A stretch of DNA of 64,000 bases from Gemmatimonadales bacterium (lineage in GTDB: Bacteria; Gemmatimonadota; Gemmatimonadetes; Gemmatimonadales; GWC2-71-9), in NCBI GenBank assembly GCA_965249575.1, contig OZ252244.1, positions 3,104,001-3,168,000 on the forward strand, read 5' to 3'. The notes under the pieces were generated by a model, which saw nothing but the letters and a program-made list of their open reading frames with translations, searched no databases and was not told the DNA's origin. The translations under genes and the position numbers were made by a program. Positions 19,069 through 28,649 of the stretch are shown here, in pieces. The stretch's first letter is position 1. Each line of letters opens with the position of its first letter.

Positions 19069-20929
19069 ATGATAGAACTCAGGTGCATGGGTCCAGTTTC
19101 CGTCACGATCGATGGAGCGGAACCGCCGGCCCCGTTGCTGTGGAAGAAGCACCTGGCCCTGCTCGTTTACCTGGCCCGTTCACCCCGAGGCCGAACCAGA
19201 GACCATCTGATTGGACTCCTATGCCCCGACAAGGACGAGCTGCGGGCGAAGCACTCGCTAAACGAGGCGCTTCGCGTGCTCAGGCGATGTAGCGGAGACG
19301 GACTCAGGACGAGCGGAGACCTCATTGCGCTCGATCCGGGGATCGTCACTACGGATCTAGACCGGCTGAGCCCCGAGGCGGTGATCGGCGAGTTCCTTGA
19401 GGGCTTTGCGGTCCCGGGGAGCCCCGAGTTCGAGCGCTGGTTGGGTGCCGAGCGCGAACGGGTGCGCTGCGAGGCACTCGACGTATTGCTTGGGGCGGGA
19501 GATGCGGCTCTAGCGCACGGTCAATCGGGGCGGGCAGCGAGGCTGGCCTTGGCCGGCCTCGCGCTCGATGACTGCTCCGAGCCGGCGGTCCGGTTGGCCG
19601 TTAGGGCTCTGGCCCTGGAAGGCAAACGGGGAGAGGCGCTGACACTCTTCGAGCGGTATGCGGCGGCCCTTCGGCAGCGGATCGGGGTCGAGCCCGATTT
19701 CGAGACCGCTCGTCTGGTCTCGCGCGTGCGCACCCTACGCGTGATTGCGAAACATAGAGCCGGCCGCGTCGTCGAGGCGGCACCGGGGGAGGTCGTACCG
19801 GTTGTCGGGCCGGGCGCCGCCGTGCTGGCGCGCCTGACGGCTCTCTGGTCGAACGTGCGAGATGGCGGCGTCGGCCGAACGATCTTGATAAAGGGCGATG
19901 CGGGTACCGGCAAGACTCGCATCTCCGACGAACTGGCATCCCGCGCTCGTCTCGATGGTGCCGTGGTGGCGGCCGCGAGAGCGCTGCCGGGCGACACGGT
20001 GGAGGAGCTTTGGGGTGCCCTCCTCCGTGGCGGGCTCTTGGTGCCAGAGCTCGGAAGTGCGCCGGCGGAGGCCCTGGCGGGCCTCCTCGTTGCGTATCCC
20101 GACCTCGGGGGTCACTACCCGGCCGCGCGCGATGCTACGCCCCTGCCATTTCGAGCGGCTGCTACGACGGTCGTCGATGCGATCGCTGAGGACCGTGACG
20201 TGATGTTGCTGCTCGACGATGCGCACCTGGCGCCCCACCCGGCCGTCGACCTGCTCAAAGCCGTCGCCCAGCGCTGTCAGGCGCGGCCGCTATGCCTCGT
20301 TCTGACCGTCCGCATATCGGCGGAGGGGTCGAGCGTGGAAGCGCTCGAAGCTAGGATTGGTCGCGAGGTCCCGGGCGAAGTGCTCAGCACGCTGGACCTC
20401 TCCCAAGGGGACATTGAGGACTTGATTCGGTGGGCGCTCCCCCAATACGACGAGAGCGCCCGCGCCCGGCTCGTCCGGAGAGCGATTGCCGACACTGGCG
20501 GCAATCCTTTCCTCGCGGTGGAGCTCTTGCTGGCCGTCCGAGGGGGCTTGGAACTCCCGGCCGAGTCGACTGACCCGGCCGCCGACCGTACCCTCGATCA
20601 AACGCTGCCCACCGATTTGCCGGCGGCTGTGAGCGCGGGCCTTCGGCTTCGCTACCGCATGCTGAGTGATGGAGCACAGCAGGCACTCGTGGCGGCAGCC
20701 GTGCTGGGGGCTCCAGCGAGTGCCGAGACCGTCGCGCTCGCATCGGGTCTGGGGCGAAAGGAGGTCGAGACAGCGCTCGATGAGCTCGAATGGGAGCGTT
20801 GGCTCGTTGGAGATACCCGCGGCTATTGACTTCGTCACTCGTCTGGCCCAGCAGGTAATTCTCCGTGAGATGGTGACTGCCGGCCAGAAACGGCGCCTGC
20901 TGCTGCGGGCTGGACGCGGACCGGGCTGA
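19069..20929 (+). CDS. SARP/BTAD transcriptional regulator with AAA ATPase domain (one-base insertion at ~20826)
   Basis: wHTH LALLVYLA..RTRDHL; BTAD GEFLEGF..FERWL; Walker A GDAGTGKT, Walker B LLLDD, GGNPF; removing one T at GGCTATTGAC restores GYDFVTRL... Confidence 0.85.
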
Positions 20930-21010
20930 GACTAGCGCCGGGCGCTACCCTGCGATAACGTAAGCGCTTCACCAATCCAGACATGCGCACCTGATAACGA
21001 CCTTGTAGGA

Positions 21011-22477
21011 GTGACCTTGGTCCAAGTACGAGCGGAGCGCAGGGCTACCATATTCGTTCTCGACGGCGCCTCGCCGGAGGTCTTTGCGTACCTCGTGGAC
21101 CGGGGCGACCTCCCGAACGTGTCCCGGCACCTGCTCGAGCCCGGCGGCCAGCCGTCAGCGACGACGGTTTTCCCCTCCACCACCGGCGTGGCCTACCTCC
21201 CATTTTTGACCGGGTGCTACCCGGGGACGTGCAACGTCCCGGGCATCCGGTGGCTGGACCGGGCGCGGTACGAGGGGCATTGGTGGCGGGATCGGGCGCA
21301 CCTGCGGAGCTATTGCGGTCCCCAGGCCTCACTGCTCAACTCGGACCTTTCGGATACGATCCCAACCCTCTTCGATCTCGAGCCGGACTCTGTGGCGCTG
21401 TGCTCGCCCTTTACTCGCGGCGTGGACCGGGGCCGGGACCACGTTCGATTTGCCCGGTTGCTCTTTGCCGGATTTGCCCATTTTACAGGGGCGTACGGCA
21501 TCGTGGATCGGTCCGTCGGGCGTTCCCTCCGGCAAGTGGCCCGCGAGCGGCACCAGCTGGTGTTCGCTGTATTCCCGGGTGTCGATGGCATCACCCATTT
21601 CTTCGATCCATGGCACCCGATCGTGCTGGACATGTACCGGCAGTTCGATCGCGTCGTCGGACAGTACGTGGCTCGCGGCGGGTTCGATGGCGATCACCTC
21701 GCTGTCATCGTGAGCGATCACGGGGCTTCGCGGGTTGATACCCACACCGACTTGAGTATTGCACTGGAGGAGATCGGCATTCCCGTGTTGCGGCACCCGT
21801 TTCTGTTGCGATCGAACCCCAAGGCGGCGGTCATGGTGTCGGGGAACGGGTCGGCCCAGGTGTACTTCCAGCCGGGTGTGCCGCGCGAGGCGCGGTGGTC
21901 GCCGGAAGAGATCGAGTCGGGAGAAGTTCCTGGCCTTCCTCCGGGCATCGTCGGGTATCTCGCCTCGCTCGAAGGCGTTGCGCTGGTGGCCGGGACCGAG
22001 GGCTCGGACATCGTTGTGTATTCCCGGGAGGGGCGCGCCCGGCTCGCCGAGGTTGGGGATGACGTTCGGTATGCGCCGGAGACCGCCGACGTGCTCGGCG
22101 TCTCCCAGGGGTCGAGGACCCGAACGGACCGCCAGTGGTTGGACGTCACGTATCGTGGGCCGTTCCCCGATTCTCTCCGCCAGCTGCTACAGATTTTCCG
22201 ATCCCATCGAGCGGGGGACCTCGTCGTGGCGTCCTCCCTTGGCGCCGATCTCCGGAAGGAATGGGAAATCCCGGAGCACCGCTCTGGGCACGGGAGCTTG
22301 ATCGCAGAGCACATGCGGTGTCTGCTCGTTTCCAACCGGACTCTTCGATCACCCGTACGGACCGTGGATGTGTTCCCGCTCGTTCTCGAGCACCTCGGTC
22401 GTGCGGTGCCGCGTGAAATCGATGGCGTGAGCCCCATCCCGGCCCAAACGCGCGAGCTCGAGGTGGCGTGGGCGTAA
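21011..22477 (+). CDS. Alkaline phosphatase superfamily / nucleotide pyrophosphatase-phosphodiesterase (NPP) protein
   Basis: FVLDG, TVFPSTT (Thr nucleophile), DGITH, VSDHG, HGSL metal-ligand motifs; no obvious signal peptide. Confidence 0.85.
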   Translation: MTLVQVRAERRATIFVLDGASPEVFAYLVDRGDLPNVSRHLLEPGGQPSATTVFPSTTGVAYLPFLTGCYPGTCNVPGIRWLDRARYEGHWWRDRAHLRSYCGPQASLLNSDLSDTIPTLFDLEPDSVALCSPFTRGVDRGRDHVRFARLLFAGFAHFTGAYGIVDRSVGRSLRQVARERHQLVFAVFPGVDGITHFFDPWHPIVLDMYRQFDRVVGQYVARGGFDGDHLAVIVSDHGASRVDTHTDLSIALEEIGIPVLRHPFLLRSNPKAAVMVSGNGSAQVYFQPGVPREARWSPEEIESGEVPGLPPGIVGYLASLEGVALVAGTEGSDIVVYSREGRARLAEVGDDVRYAPETADVLGVSQGSRTRTDRQWLDVTYRGPFPDSLRQLLQIFRSHRAGDLVVASSLGADLRKEWEIPEHRSGHGSLIAEHMRCLLVSNRTLRSPVRTVDVFPLVLEHLGRAVPREIDGVSPIPAQTRELEVAWA

Positions 22478-23172
22478 GCTCGTCACCCGCTGTCACGCTA
22501 CTCCGCCAGCGGTACGGGAACGTCACATGGGACGGCATCCTCCGGGGGTCGGGGCTGCTGGCGTTGACGGCGATCCCCGTGGTGCTCTACTCGCCCAGGA
22601 TCGGGGAATTGGTTGCGTTTCTCTTGATCACGCTCTGGGTCAACGGTCCCCTCTCGCCGTTCCTTCCGACGACCTACGAGCCGGTCTTGATGTTATTCGG
22701 CAGGGTGTACCCTCCGATACTCATCGGGGGGCTGGGCATACTGGGTACGCTCTACGTAGAGTATTTGAATTATCATCTGTATCAGCGGGTGTTAGGCCAC
22801 TCGGCGCTCAAGGGGATGCGGCGAAGTAACGTCATCAGGGGAACGATCAAGCTGTTCCAACGGGCGCCCTTCTTTACGGTATGGCTCTGTTCCTGGTCTC
22901 CGCTGCCCTATTGGGCGGTACGCTTCCTGTCGCCGATGACCGGGTATCCGGTGCGGCGTCATTTGGTGGCGACGTTTCTCGGCCGGTTTCCCCGGCTGTG
23001 GTTTTTCGCGGCGTTAGGTTTGTATTGGAACATCAGCACGCGTGCGCTAGTTGCCATATCGGTGGGGTCGATTGTCGCCGCCGTCATCATCTGGACGCTC
23101 AAGGGACGGGGAGCCGGACCGGAGCTGGATCCCGGCGCGCCGACCATCAGGCTCCGCTCGAGCGAAGGATGA
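22468..23172 (+). CDS. VTT/DedA (YqaA-like) family membrane protein
   Basis: SPFLPTTYEP, SPLPY..VRFL, FLGRFPR pattern; several TM helices. Confidence 0.7.
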   Translation: MGVSSSPAVTLLRQRYGNVTWDGILRGSGLLALTAIPVVLYSPRIGELVAFLLITLWVNGPLSPFLPTTYEPVLMLFGRVYPPILIGGLGILGTLYVEYLNYHLYQRVLGHSALKGMRRSNVIRGTIKLFQRAPFFTVWLCSWSPLPYWAVRFLSPMTGYPVRRHLVATFLGRFPRLWFFAALGLYWNISTRALVAISVGSIVAAVIIWTLKGRGAGPELDPGAPTIRLRSSEG

Positions 23173-23217
23173 ACCGGGCTCGTCGCGTGCATTCACTTTG
23201 AAGGTCGGGAGCAAACG

Positions 23218-24330
23218 ATGGTTTTGAAGCGGGCGATACCGGCGATTGTCATGGTGTTACTGACGGCGCGAGCCGCCGCGGGGCAAGAAGTCGCGACGCG
23301 GATCGTGGACGACCCAGAGGGTGGCACGATGAGCGTGCTCATCGGGCCGATCGATCTCCCCGCCATGGCGATGGAGGGGTCCCACGCCGGTCACGGCGAC
23401 GCGCATGCCGGCCACTCGGGGAATCACTTCTTCCCGCCCGTCGGTACGGTCACGATTCCCAAAGACGCTTATCTGCACGCGTTCCGCTACGAGGTCGTCG
23501 ATGGGACGGGACGGGTGTTGCCCACGGAGCTCGTGCATCACATCAACTTCATCGACCCCGACCACCGGGAGTTGTTTCTCCCCATCTCCCAACGCATGGT
23601 TGCCGCCGGAAAGGAAACGGGCTCGCAGGCGATGCCCTGGATGCTGTTCGGCTTCCCTGTGGCGGGGGGACAGCGGATGGTGGTATCGGCGATGCTGCAC
23701 AACCCGCTGGCCGAGGATTTCACGGGGGTCACCGTTCGGTTCCATTTCGACTACGTCGCGGCGGGTCGACCGTGGCCGTTTTTCAGCGTCTACCCGTTTC
23801 AGCTCGATGTAGCGTTCCCCGCTGGTGACAAGTCATTCGATCTTCCCCCCGGCCGCTCCTCGAAGTCCTACGAGGCGAGGCCCGCTCTCGCCGGGCGGAT
23901 ACTGGCGATTGGCGGGCATACGCACGAGCTGGCCGTCGGCCTCAAGTTCGAAGATGTGACGACCGAGGAAGTGATTTGGGAAGGCCAGCCGATCGTGGAT
24001 GATGCCGGGACGGTCGTCGGAATGCCGGTTGGCCGGCTCTATCGCAAGCTGGGCACGCGTATCGATCCCAGCCATGTCTACCGGGTTACGGTCACGTATG
24101 AAAACCCGACCTCCGATACGATTCCCGAGGGTGGCATGGGGGTTGTCGGCGGCATTTTCCGGCCGGACGGCGGCACGACGTGGCCGGCGGCCGATAGCAC
24201 CAACCAGACATATGTGCTCGATCGCATGCACTACATGCGGGAGGTCCGAGGGACGCTCGCGACCATTCTCAGCGAGATTGCGTCGCCGGGGAGCAGCGAC
24301 CGCGAAGCACGCGGCGGCCACGCGCACTAG
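23218..24330 (+). CDS. Secreted putative copper type II (PHM/DBH-like) monooxygenase
   Basis: Signal peptide; H107-H108 (LVHHIN), H161 (AMLHN), H234-x-H236 (GGHTHE), M307 (GGMG); His-rich N- and C-terminal stretches. Confidence 0.6.
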   Translation: MVLKRAIPAIVMVLLTARAAAGQEVATRIVDDPEGGTMSVLIGPIDLPAMAMEGSHAGHGDAHAGHSGNHFFPPVGTVTIPKDAYLHAFRYEVVDGTGRVLPTELVHHINFIDPDHRELFLPISQRMVAAGKETGSQAMPWMLFGFPVAGGQRMVVSAMLHNPLAEDFTGVTVRFHFDYVAAGRPWPFFSVYPFQLDVAFPAGDKSFDLPPGRSSKSYEARPALAGRILAIGGHTHELAVGLKFEDVTTEEVIWEGQPIVDDAGTVVGMPVGRLYRKLGTRIDPSHVYRVTVTYENPTSDTIPEGGMGVVGGIFRPDGGTTWPAADSTNQTYVLDRMHYMREVRGTLATILSEIASPGSSDREARGGHAH

Positions 24331-24351
24331 TCCCCTAGCACGAGGTGGCAG

Positions 24352-25233
24352 TCACCGCGCGACTGCCACCTCGTGACCCGCGTCCGCATCCCGCCCACCG
24401 ATAACCGTCACGCCGATCCAGGTCGCCAGGCCCCCAACGAGCAAGCCGCCTGCGGCATCGACGCCGTAGTGCATCTGGCAGTAGACCGTACCGGCGGTGA
24501 GAAGGCCGGCAGGCTCGATGAACAAGGCCCCGAGTATCGGCGCGTGAATCCCGACTGACGCCGTCGTCGCGACGGTGGCCGCGACGTGCGAGGACGGGAA
24601 GGCGGCGCCGAACGACGAGCCCGCCGCCAACACCCCGTAGACCAGATGCGCGCTCCACACGTCACGCACTGGTCCCGTGGGTTGATCGAACGCGTAGTAC
24701 GGCCCGCCGACCGGGAACGAGATGAATACCACGTAGCACAGCACGAAACCATCATGCTGAACACGACCCCCTGCGCTTCTCGGCGCCGGCGGTGGACCAG
24801 GAGAATGAGGGGCCGGTGATGATGATCAGATAGTAGGCGAAGTAGCTCGAGTGGAACACACCCGACCAGAACGCCGACGGATACCGACGAATCCAGTCGT
24901 ACGAGATCTGCCCTCCGAAGAGCGCGGCTTCCCACTCCTGAACGATCACGTCGTTCGCGAGCGTAACCGCTCTGCCCTGCTGGAAATTGAGAACTCCGAT
25001 CTCGCGGTAGAAGGGCAGGAGCATGACCAGCGGATACAGATCGTGGATCCAGCCGCCGATCCGGTGGTCCGGACGCAGGGACGGGTAAATAGGAATAGGA
25101 GTATCGCGAAGAGCCCGTGCATGACGAGCAACCACCATGACGTGGCGTGGTCGAAACCGTCACGCGCGACAATGACGATGGTGGTGAGCCCGACGTAGCC
25201 GCCAAGGAGCTTGTCGACCGGTCTCAGAGCCAA
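24352..25233 (-). CDS. Aur1/Ipt1-like (PAP2_3) inositol-phosphoceramide synthase-like membrane protein; three frameshifts (~25079, ~24810, ~24747)
   Basis: Reconstructed from four frames: LRPVDKLL...FTR | LRPDHRIGGWIHDLYP...YFAYY..TGP | LILL...FSMMV | VLCYVVFISFPVGGPYY...AFPSSHVA...YCQMHYGVD. Confidence 0.72.
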
Positions 25234-26231
25234 TCCCGCTCCACGTACCACGACGCCGTTCTGGGCAGGCCGGCTTCGAGATCGTGCGCGGCGCGCCAGC
25301 CAGTGCGGCGCTCAAGCGATGCTGCCGAGCAGGTCCATGCCGGCGCGAAGAATTCGTTCGCTTTTTCTGCGGTGAGCAGCGTTGCCTTTCCGAGCGCTCC
25401 GGCGGCGGCGCCCACAACGCTCAGCAGCGGGCGGGCGACCATGGAGGGCAGTGGTACTACCCACGGATCGGCTCGGCCCGCGGCGCCTCCCCCTCCCCGC
25501 GCGTTCCGAACGGCGGCGTGCACGGCGGTGGCGAGAGCCCGGCTGGTGACTACCTCCGGATGACTGGCGAAGAACACGTCGCCCACGCCTTGCGTGCCAG
25601 CCGCGTTGATGAGCGCCTCCGCCAGGTCCTCGACGTACACGAGTGACAGTAACTGCGACCCGTCGCCGAAGACCGGGACGAGTCCCAAGCGTGCGAGCTT
25701 GAAGAGTCGCAGCAGCTCCGTGTCGCGGGGACCGTACACCGTCGGGGGTCGGACGATGGTCCACGCGAGCCCGCTCTCCCGCACGTGGCCTTCGCCTGCC
25801 AACTTGCTTTCGCCGTACGACGTCAGCGGACGTGGCTCGTCCTGTTCCGTCAACATTCGCGTGGGGGTCGACGGCCCCGCCGCCGCAAGGCTGCTCACGT
25901 AGACGAAGCGCACCGACGGGCCCGCGGCCGCCTTCGCCGCGTCGATCAAATGCTTGGTGGCCAGCGCATTGACGGCGAAGAACTCATCCCGATTCCGCGC
26001 CGCGGTGACGCCAGCAACGTGATAGACCACATCCGCCCCGCGGCATCCCTCGCGCAGGGCCGCCGGATCGTCGAGCGAGCCAGGGACGATCTCGGGGGTC
26101 TGGCTGGTGAACAAGGCGGTGGCCTTCGCAGGACTGCGCGCGAGACAAACCACTTCGGTCCCACGGCGAAGAAGCGCGTCGATGAGGTGGGATCCGACGA
26201 AGCCGGTTCCCCCGGTGACGAACACTTTCAC
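25224..26231 (-). CDS. cerR: NAD-dependent epimerase/dehydratase, CerR-like (3-keto)ceramide reductase
   Basis: VTGGTGFVGSHL, YVSSLAAAGP, YGESK, RPPTVYGP; GTGA overlap with the GNAT gene; in spt operon. Confidence 0.72.
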   Translation of the reverse strand: MKVFVTGGTGFVGSHLIDALLRRGTEVVCLARSPAKATALFTSQTPEIVPGSLDDPAALREGCRGADVVYHVAGVTAARNRDEFFAVNALATKHLIDAAKAAAGPSVRFVYVSSLAAAGPSTPTRMLTEQDEPRPLTSYGESKLAGEGHVRESGLAWTIVRPPTVYGPRDTELLRLFKLARLGLVPVFGDGSQLLSLVYVEDLAEALINAAGTQGVGDVFFASHPEVVTSRALATAVHAAVRNARGGGGAAGRADPWVVPLPSMVARPLLSVVGAAAGALGKATLLTAEKANEFFAPAWTCSAASLERRTGWRAAHDLEAGLPRTASWYVERDWL

Positions 26232-27370
26232 AGCGGGCGATCGTACAGCCTGAGCGTCTTGTATTGCTCGAACCCGATGCGAAGCAGCCCGTTGATCATG
26301 GCCGCGTTGTCCTCCAGGATCCAGCCAGCTTCCGCCCAGCGGTATCCCCGAGCGTAGCCCTTCTCCCAGATCCAGTGGTACATGAGCGCGTCGGCGCCCG
26401 TCTTCCGGTACTCTCGCACGAGTCCCAGGAGGAGGATGCGGATGCGGGTGATCCTGCGTGCCGCCCACATCACTTTCAGCAATCCAGGAAAGACCCGTCC
26501 CGAGGGGTTTCGCTTGAGGGCGACGTTGAGATCCGGCAGGGCGGCGGCGAAGCCAATCACTTCACCCTCTCGCTCCGCAAAGACCACGAGATCGGGAACG
26601 ATCACCGGCTTGAGCTGCTTCGCCATGTGGTCGATCTCTGCATCTGACATGGGAATGAAACCCCAGTTCTTCTCCCACGCGGAGTTGTACACCTGCTTGA
26701 TGCGCTCGAGGTCTTCGTCGAAGCGCTTCATGTCGATCTTCCTGAGCGTAATGCGCTTCCGCTCGGCGATCAGCCGCGCTCCGCGAATCAACCGCTCGGG
26801 GATCTGTGGATCCGTGCTATGGTACTGCAGCAGGTCCTTGGCCTTCACGAATCCGCCGCCCTGGATCAGGTCGGCGTAATAGGGTGGGTTGTAGGGGGTG
26901 AGGACGGTGGGCGCCGTCTCGAACCCGTCGACGAGGAGCCCGCATTCGTCGTTGGTGGAGAACGATGCGGGGCCGCGTATCGTACGGAGGCCCCGTTCCC
27001 GCAGCCAGGCGGCGGCCGCGTCGAACAGCGCGTTGGCCACGTCCCGCTCCCGCACGCATTCGAAAAACCCGAAAAAGCCTGCGCCGTCCCCGTGCGTTTC
27101 CTCGTGGGCACGGTTGTGGATCGCGGCGATTCGCCCCACCACCTCACCCGGCGGGGCGTTTCGGTGCTCCGGTCCGCGGCGCCCGACGAAATAGGCGGCA
27201 TCGGCATGCTCGAAGAACGGGTTCTTCCGGCGCGACAACATGTTCCGCACGTCCATACGCAGCGGGGGGACCCAGAGTGGGTCCCCCCGGTGGAGGCGGT
27301 ACGGAAAGGCAATGAACGCTTCGAGGTCGGCGGCCGATCCTACCGGCCGCACAACCACCGGCAAGCTCAA
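26228..27370 (-). CDS. bcerS: GNAT-fold bacterial ceramide synthase-like N-acyltransferase
   Basis: GRIAAIHN, GFFGFFEC, PYNPPYY, YNSAWEKNWGFIPM, GWILEDN; start overlaps spt stop. Confidence 0.75.
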   Translation of the reverse strand: MSLPVVVRPVGSAADLEAFIAFPYRLHRGDPLWVPPLRMDVRNMLSRRKNPFFEHADAAYFVGRRGPEHRNAPPGEVVGRIAAIHNRAHEETHGDGAGFFGFFECVRERDVANALFDAAAAWLRERGLRTIRGPASFSTNDECGLLVDGFETAPTVLTPYNPPYYADLIQGGGFVKAKDLLQYHSTDPQIPERLIRGARLIAERKRITLRKIDMKRFDEDLERIKQVYNSAWEKNWGFIPMSDAEIDHMAKQLKPVIVPDLVVFAEREGEVIGFAAALPDLNVALKRNPSGRVFPGLLKVMWAARRITRIRILLLGLVREYRKTGADALMYHWIWEKGYARGYRWAEAGWILEDNAAMINGLLRIGFEQYKTLRLYDRPL

Positions 27371-28569
27371 ATGACGCTCATCTCCCGTCCCAGCTTCGCG
27401 AACGTATCGAGCGCGAAGTCGATCTGATCGGGGGTATGCGTCGCCATGAGGCTCGTGCGGAGCCGGCACTGCGAAGGGGGCACGGCTGGCGGAACCACCG
27501 GGTTCGTGAAGATGCCGGCGTCGAACAACTTTCTCCAAAACATGAACGTCCGCTCCAACGCGCCGATCAGCACCGGAACAATCGGGGTCTCGGATGGGCC
27601 CATATCGAACCCGAGGTGCCGGAACCCCTCTTGGAGGCGCCGTGTGTTCTGCCACAGGCGGTCGCGGCGCTCTGGCTCGGCGATCATGACCTCGAGGGCG
27701 GCCAAGACGCCCGCGGTGTTGGCGGGCGGGAGGGCCGCGCTGAAAATCAGGGGGCGGCTGTGATGTTTGAGATAGTGGATGACGTTTTCGCTGCCGGTAA
27801 TGAAACCACCGATGGACGCGAGAGACTTGGAGAACGTGCCGACGACGACATCAACCTCGTCGGTCAGCCCGAAGTGCGCCGCCGTCCCGTCGCCCCTGGG
27901 ACCCAGCACGCCCACGGAATGGGCATCATCCACTGCCAGGGCGGCTCCGTATTTCTGCGCGAGCGGCACGAGGGTCGGGAGGTCGGCGATATCGCCCTCC
28001 ATGGAATACACGCCGTCGACGATAATCATGGTCCCGCGCTCGCCGACGTTCTGCAGGTGGTTCTCCAAAAGATCGAGTTTCCCGTGGCCGAAGCGCCGCG
28101 TCTCGCCGAAGGAGAGCTTGGCGCCATCGACGATCGAGGCGTGATCCAGCTTGTCGAGCAGCACGATGTCACCTCGGCCCACGAGTGCCGAGATGAGACC
28201 CAAGTTGGCCTGATAGCCCGTCGAGAACACGAGGGCTGCCTCTTTGCCGAAAAACTCGGCGAGCCGCTGCTCGAGGAGGTGGTGGAGGTCGAGCGTGCCA
28301 TTTAAGAACCGGCTGCCCGTGCATCCCGACCCGTACCGTTCGAGAGCCGCTTTGGCCGCTTCCAACACCCTTGGATGGTGGGTGAGGCCTAGGTAGTTGT
28401 TGGACCCCATCATGATCTTGCGCTGTCCGTCGATCACCACCACCGTATCTTCCGACTCGGAGATCGGCTTGAAGTAGGGGTACAGTCCGGCAGCCTCGAC
28501 GTCCCGAGCCTTCGTATACGTCCTACATTTGTCGAACAAGGCCACGCGAAGCAGAGTCTGTGTGTCCAT
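27367..28569 (-). CDS. spt: Serine palmitoyltransferase (alpha-oxoamine synthase family)
   Basis: GLYPYF, GSNNYLGL, GCTGSRFLNGTLDLH, DDAH, GTFSKSLASIGG (PLP Lys) match SPT rather than BioF or Kbl; operon context. Confidence 0.82.
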   Translation of the reverse strand: MDTQTLLRVALFDKCRTYTKARDVEAAGLYPYFKPISESEDTVVVIDGQRKIMMGSNNYLGLTHHPRVLEAAKAALERYGSGCTGSRFLNGTLDLHHLLEQRLAEFFGKEAALVFSTGYQANLGLISALVGRGDIVLLDKLDHASIVDGAKLSFGETRRFGHGKLDLLENHLQNVGERGTMIIVDGVYSMEGDIADLPTLVPLAQKYGAALAVDDAHSVGVLGPRGDGTAAHFGLTDEVDVVVGTFSKSLASIGGFITGSENVIHYLKHHSRPLIFSAALPPANTAGVLAALEVMIAEPERRDRLWQNTRRLQEGFRHLGFDMGPSETPIVPVLIGALERTFMFWRKLFDAGIFTNPVVPPAVPPSQCRLRTSLMATHTPDQIDFALDTFAKLGREMSVI

Positions 28570-28649
28570 GTCTCAACTCAGGGATCGAAATGGGGATCGA
28601 ACCATCCGGGAATCAGCGGTTCTTTGGACCTACGATAGTACGTCGCCTC

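Noticed and set aside
20827..20829. Selenocysteine or read-through TGA in the SARP gene
   Set aside because: In-frame continuation is short and unprotein-like; the plausible C-terminus is in another frame
27367..28569. 8-amino-7-oxononanoate synthase (bioF) or glycine C-acetyltransferase call
   Set aside because: GSRFLNGT and TFSKS motifs and the GNAT/SDR neighbours fit SPT; no biotin or threonine-catabolism genes nearby
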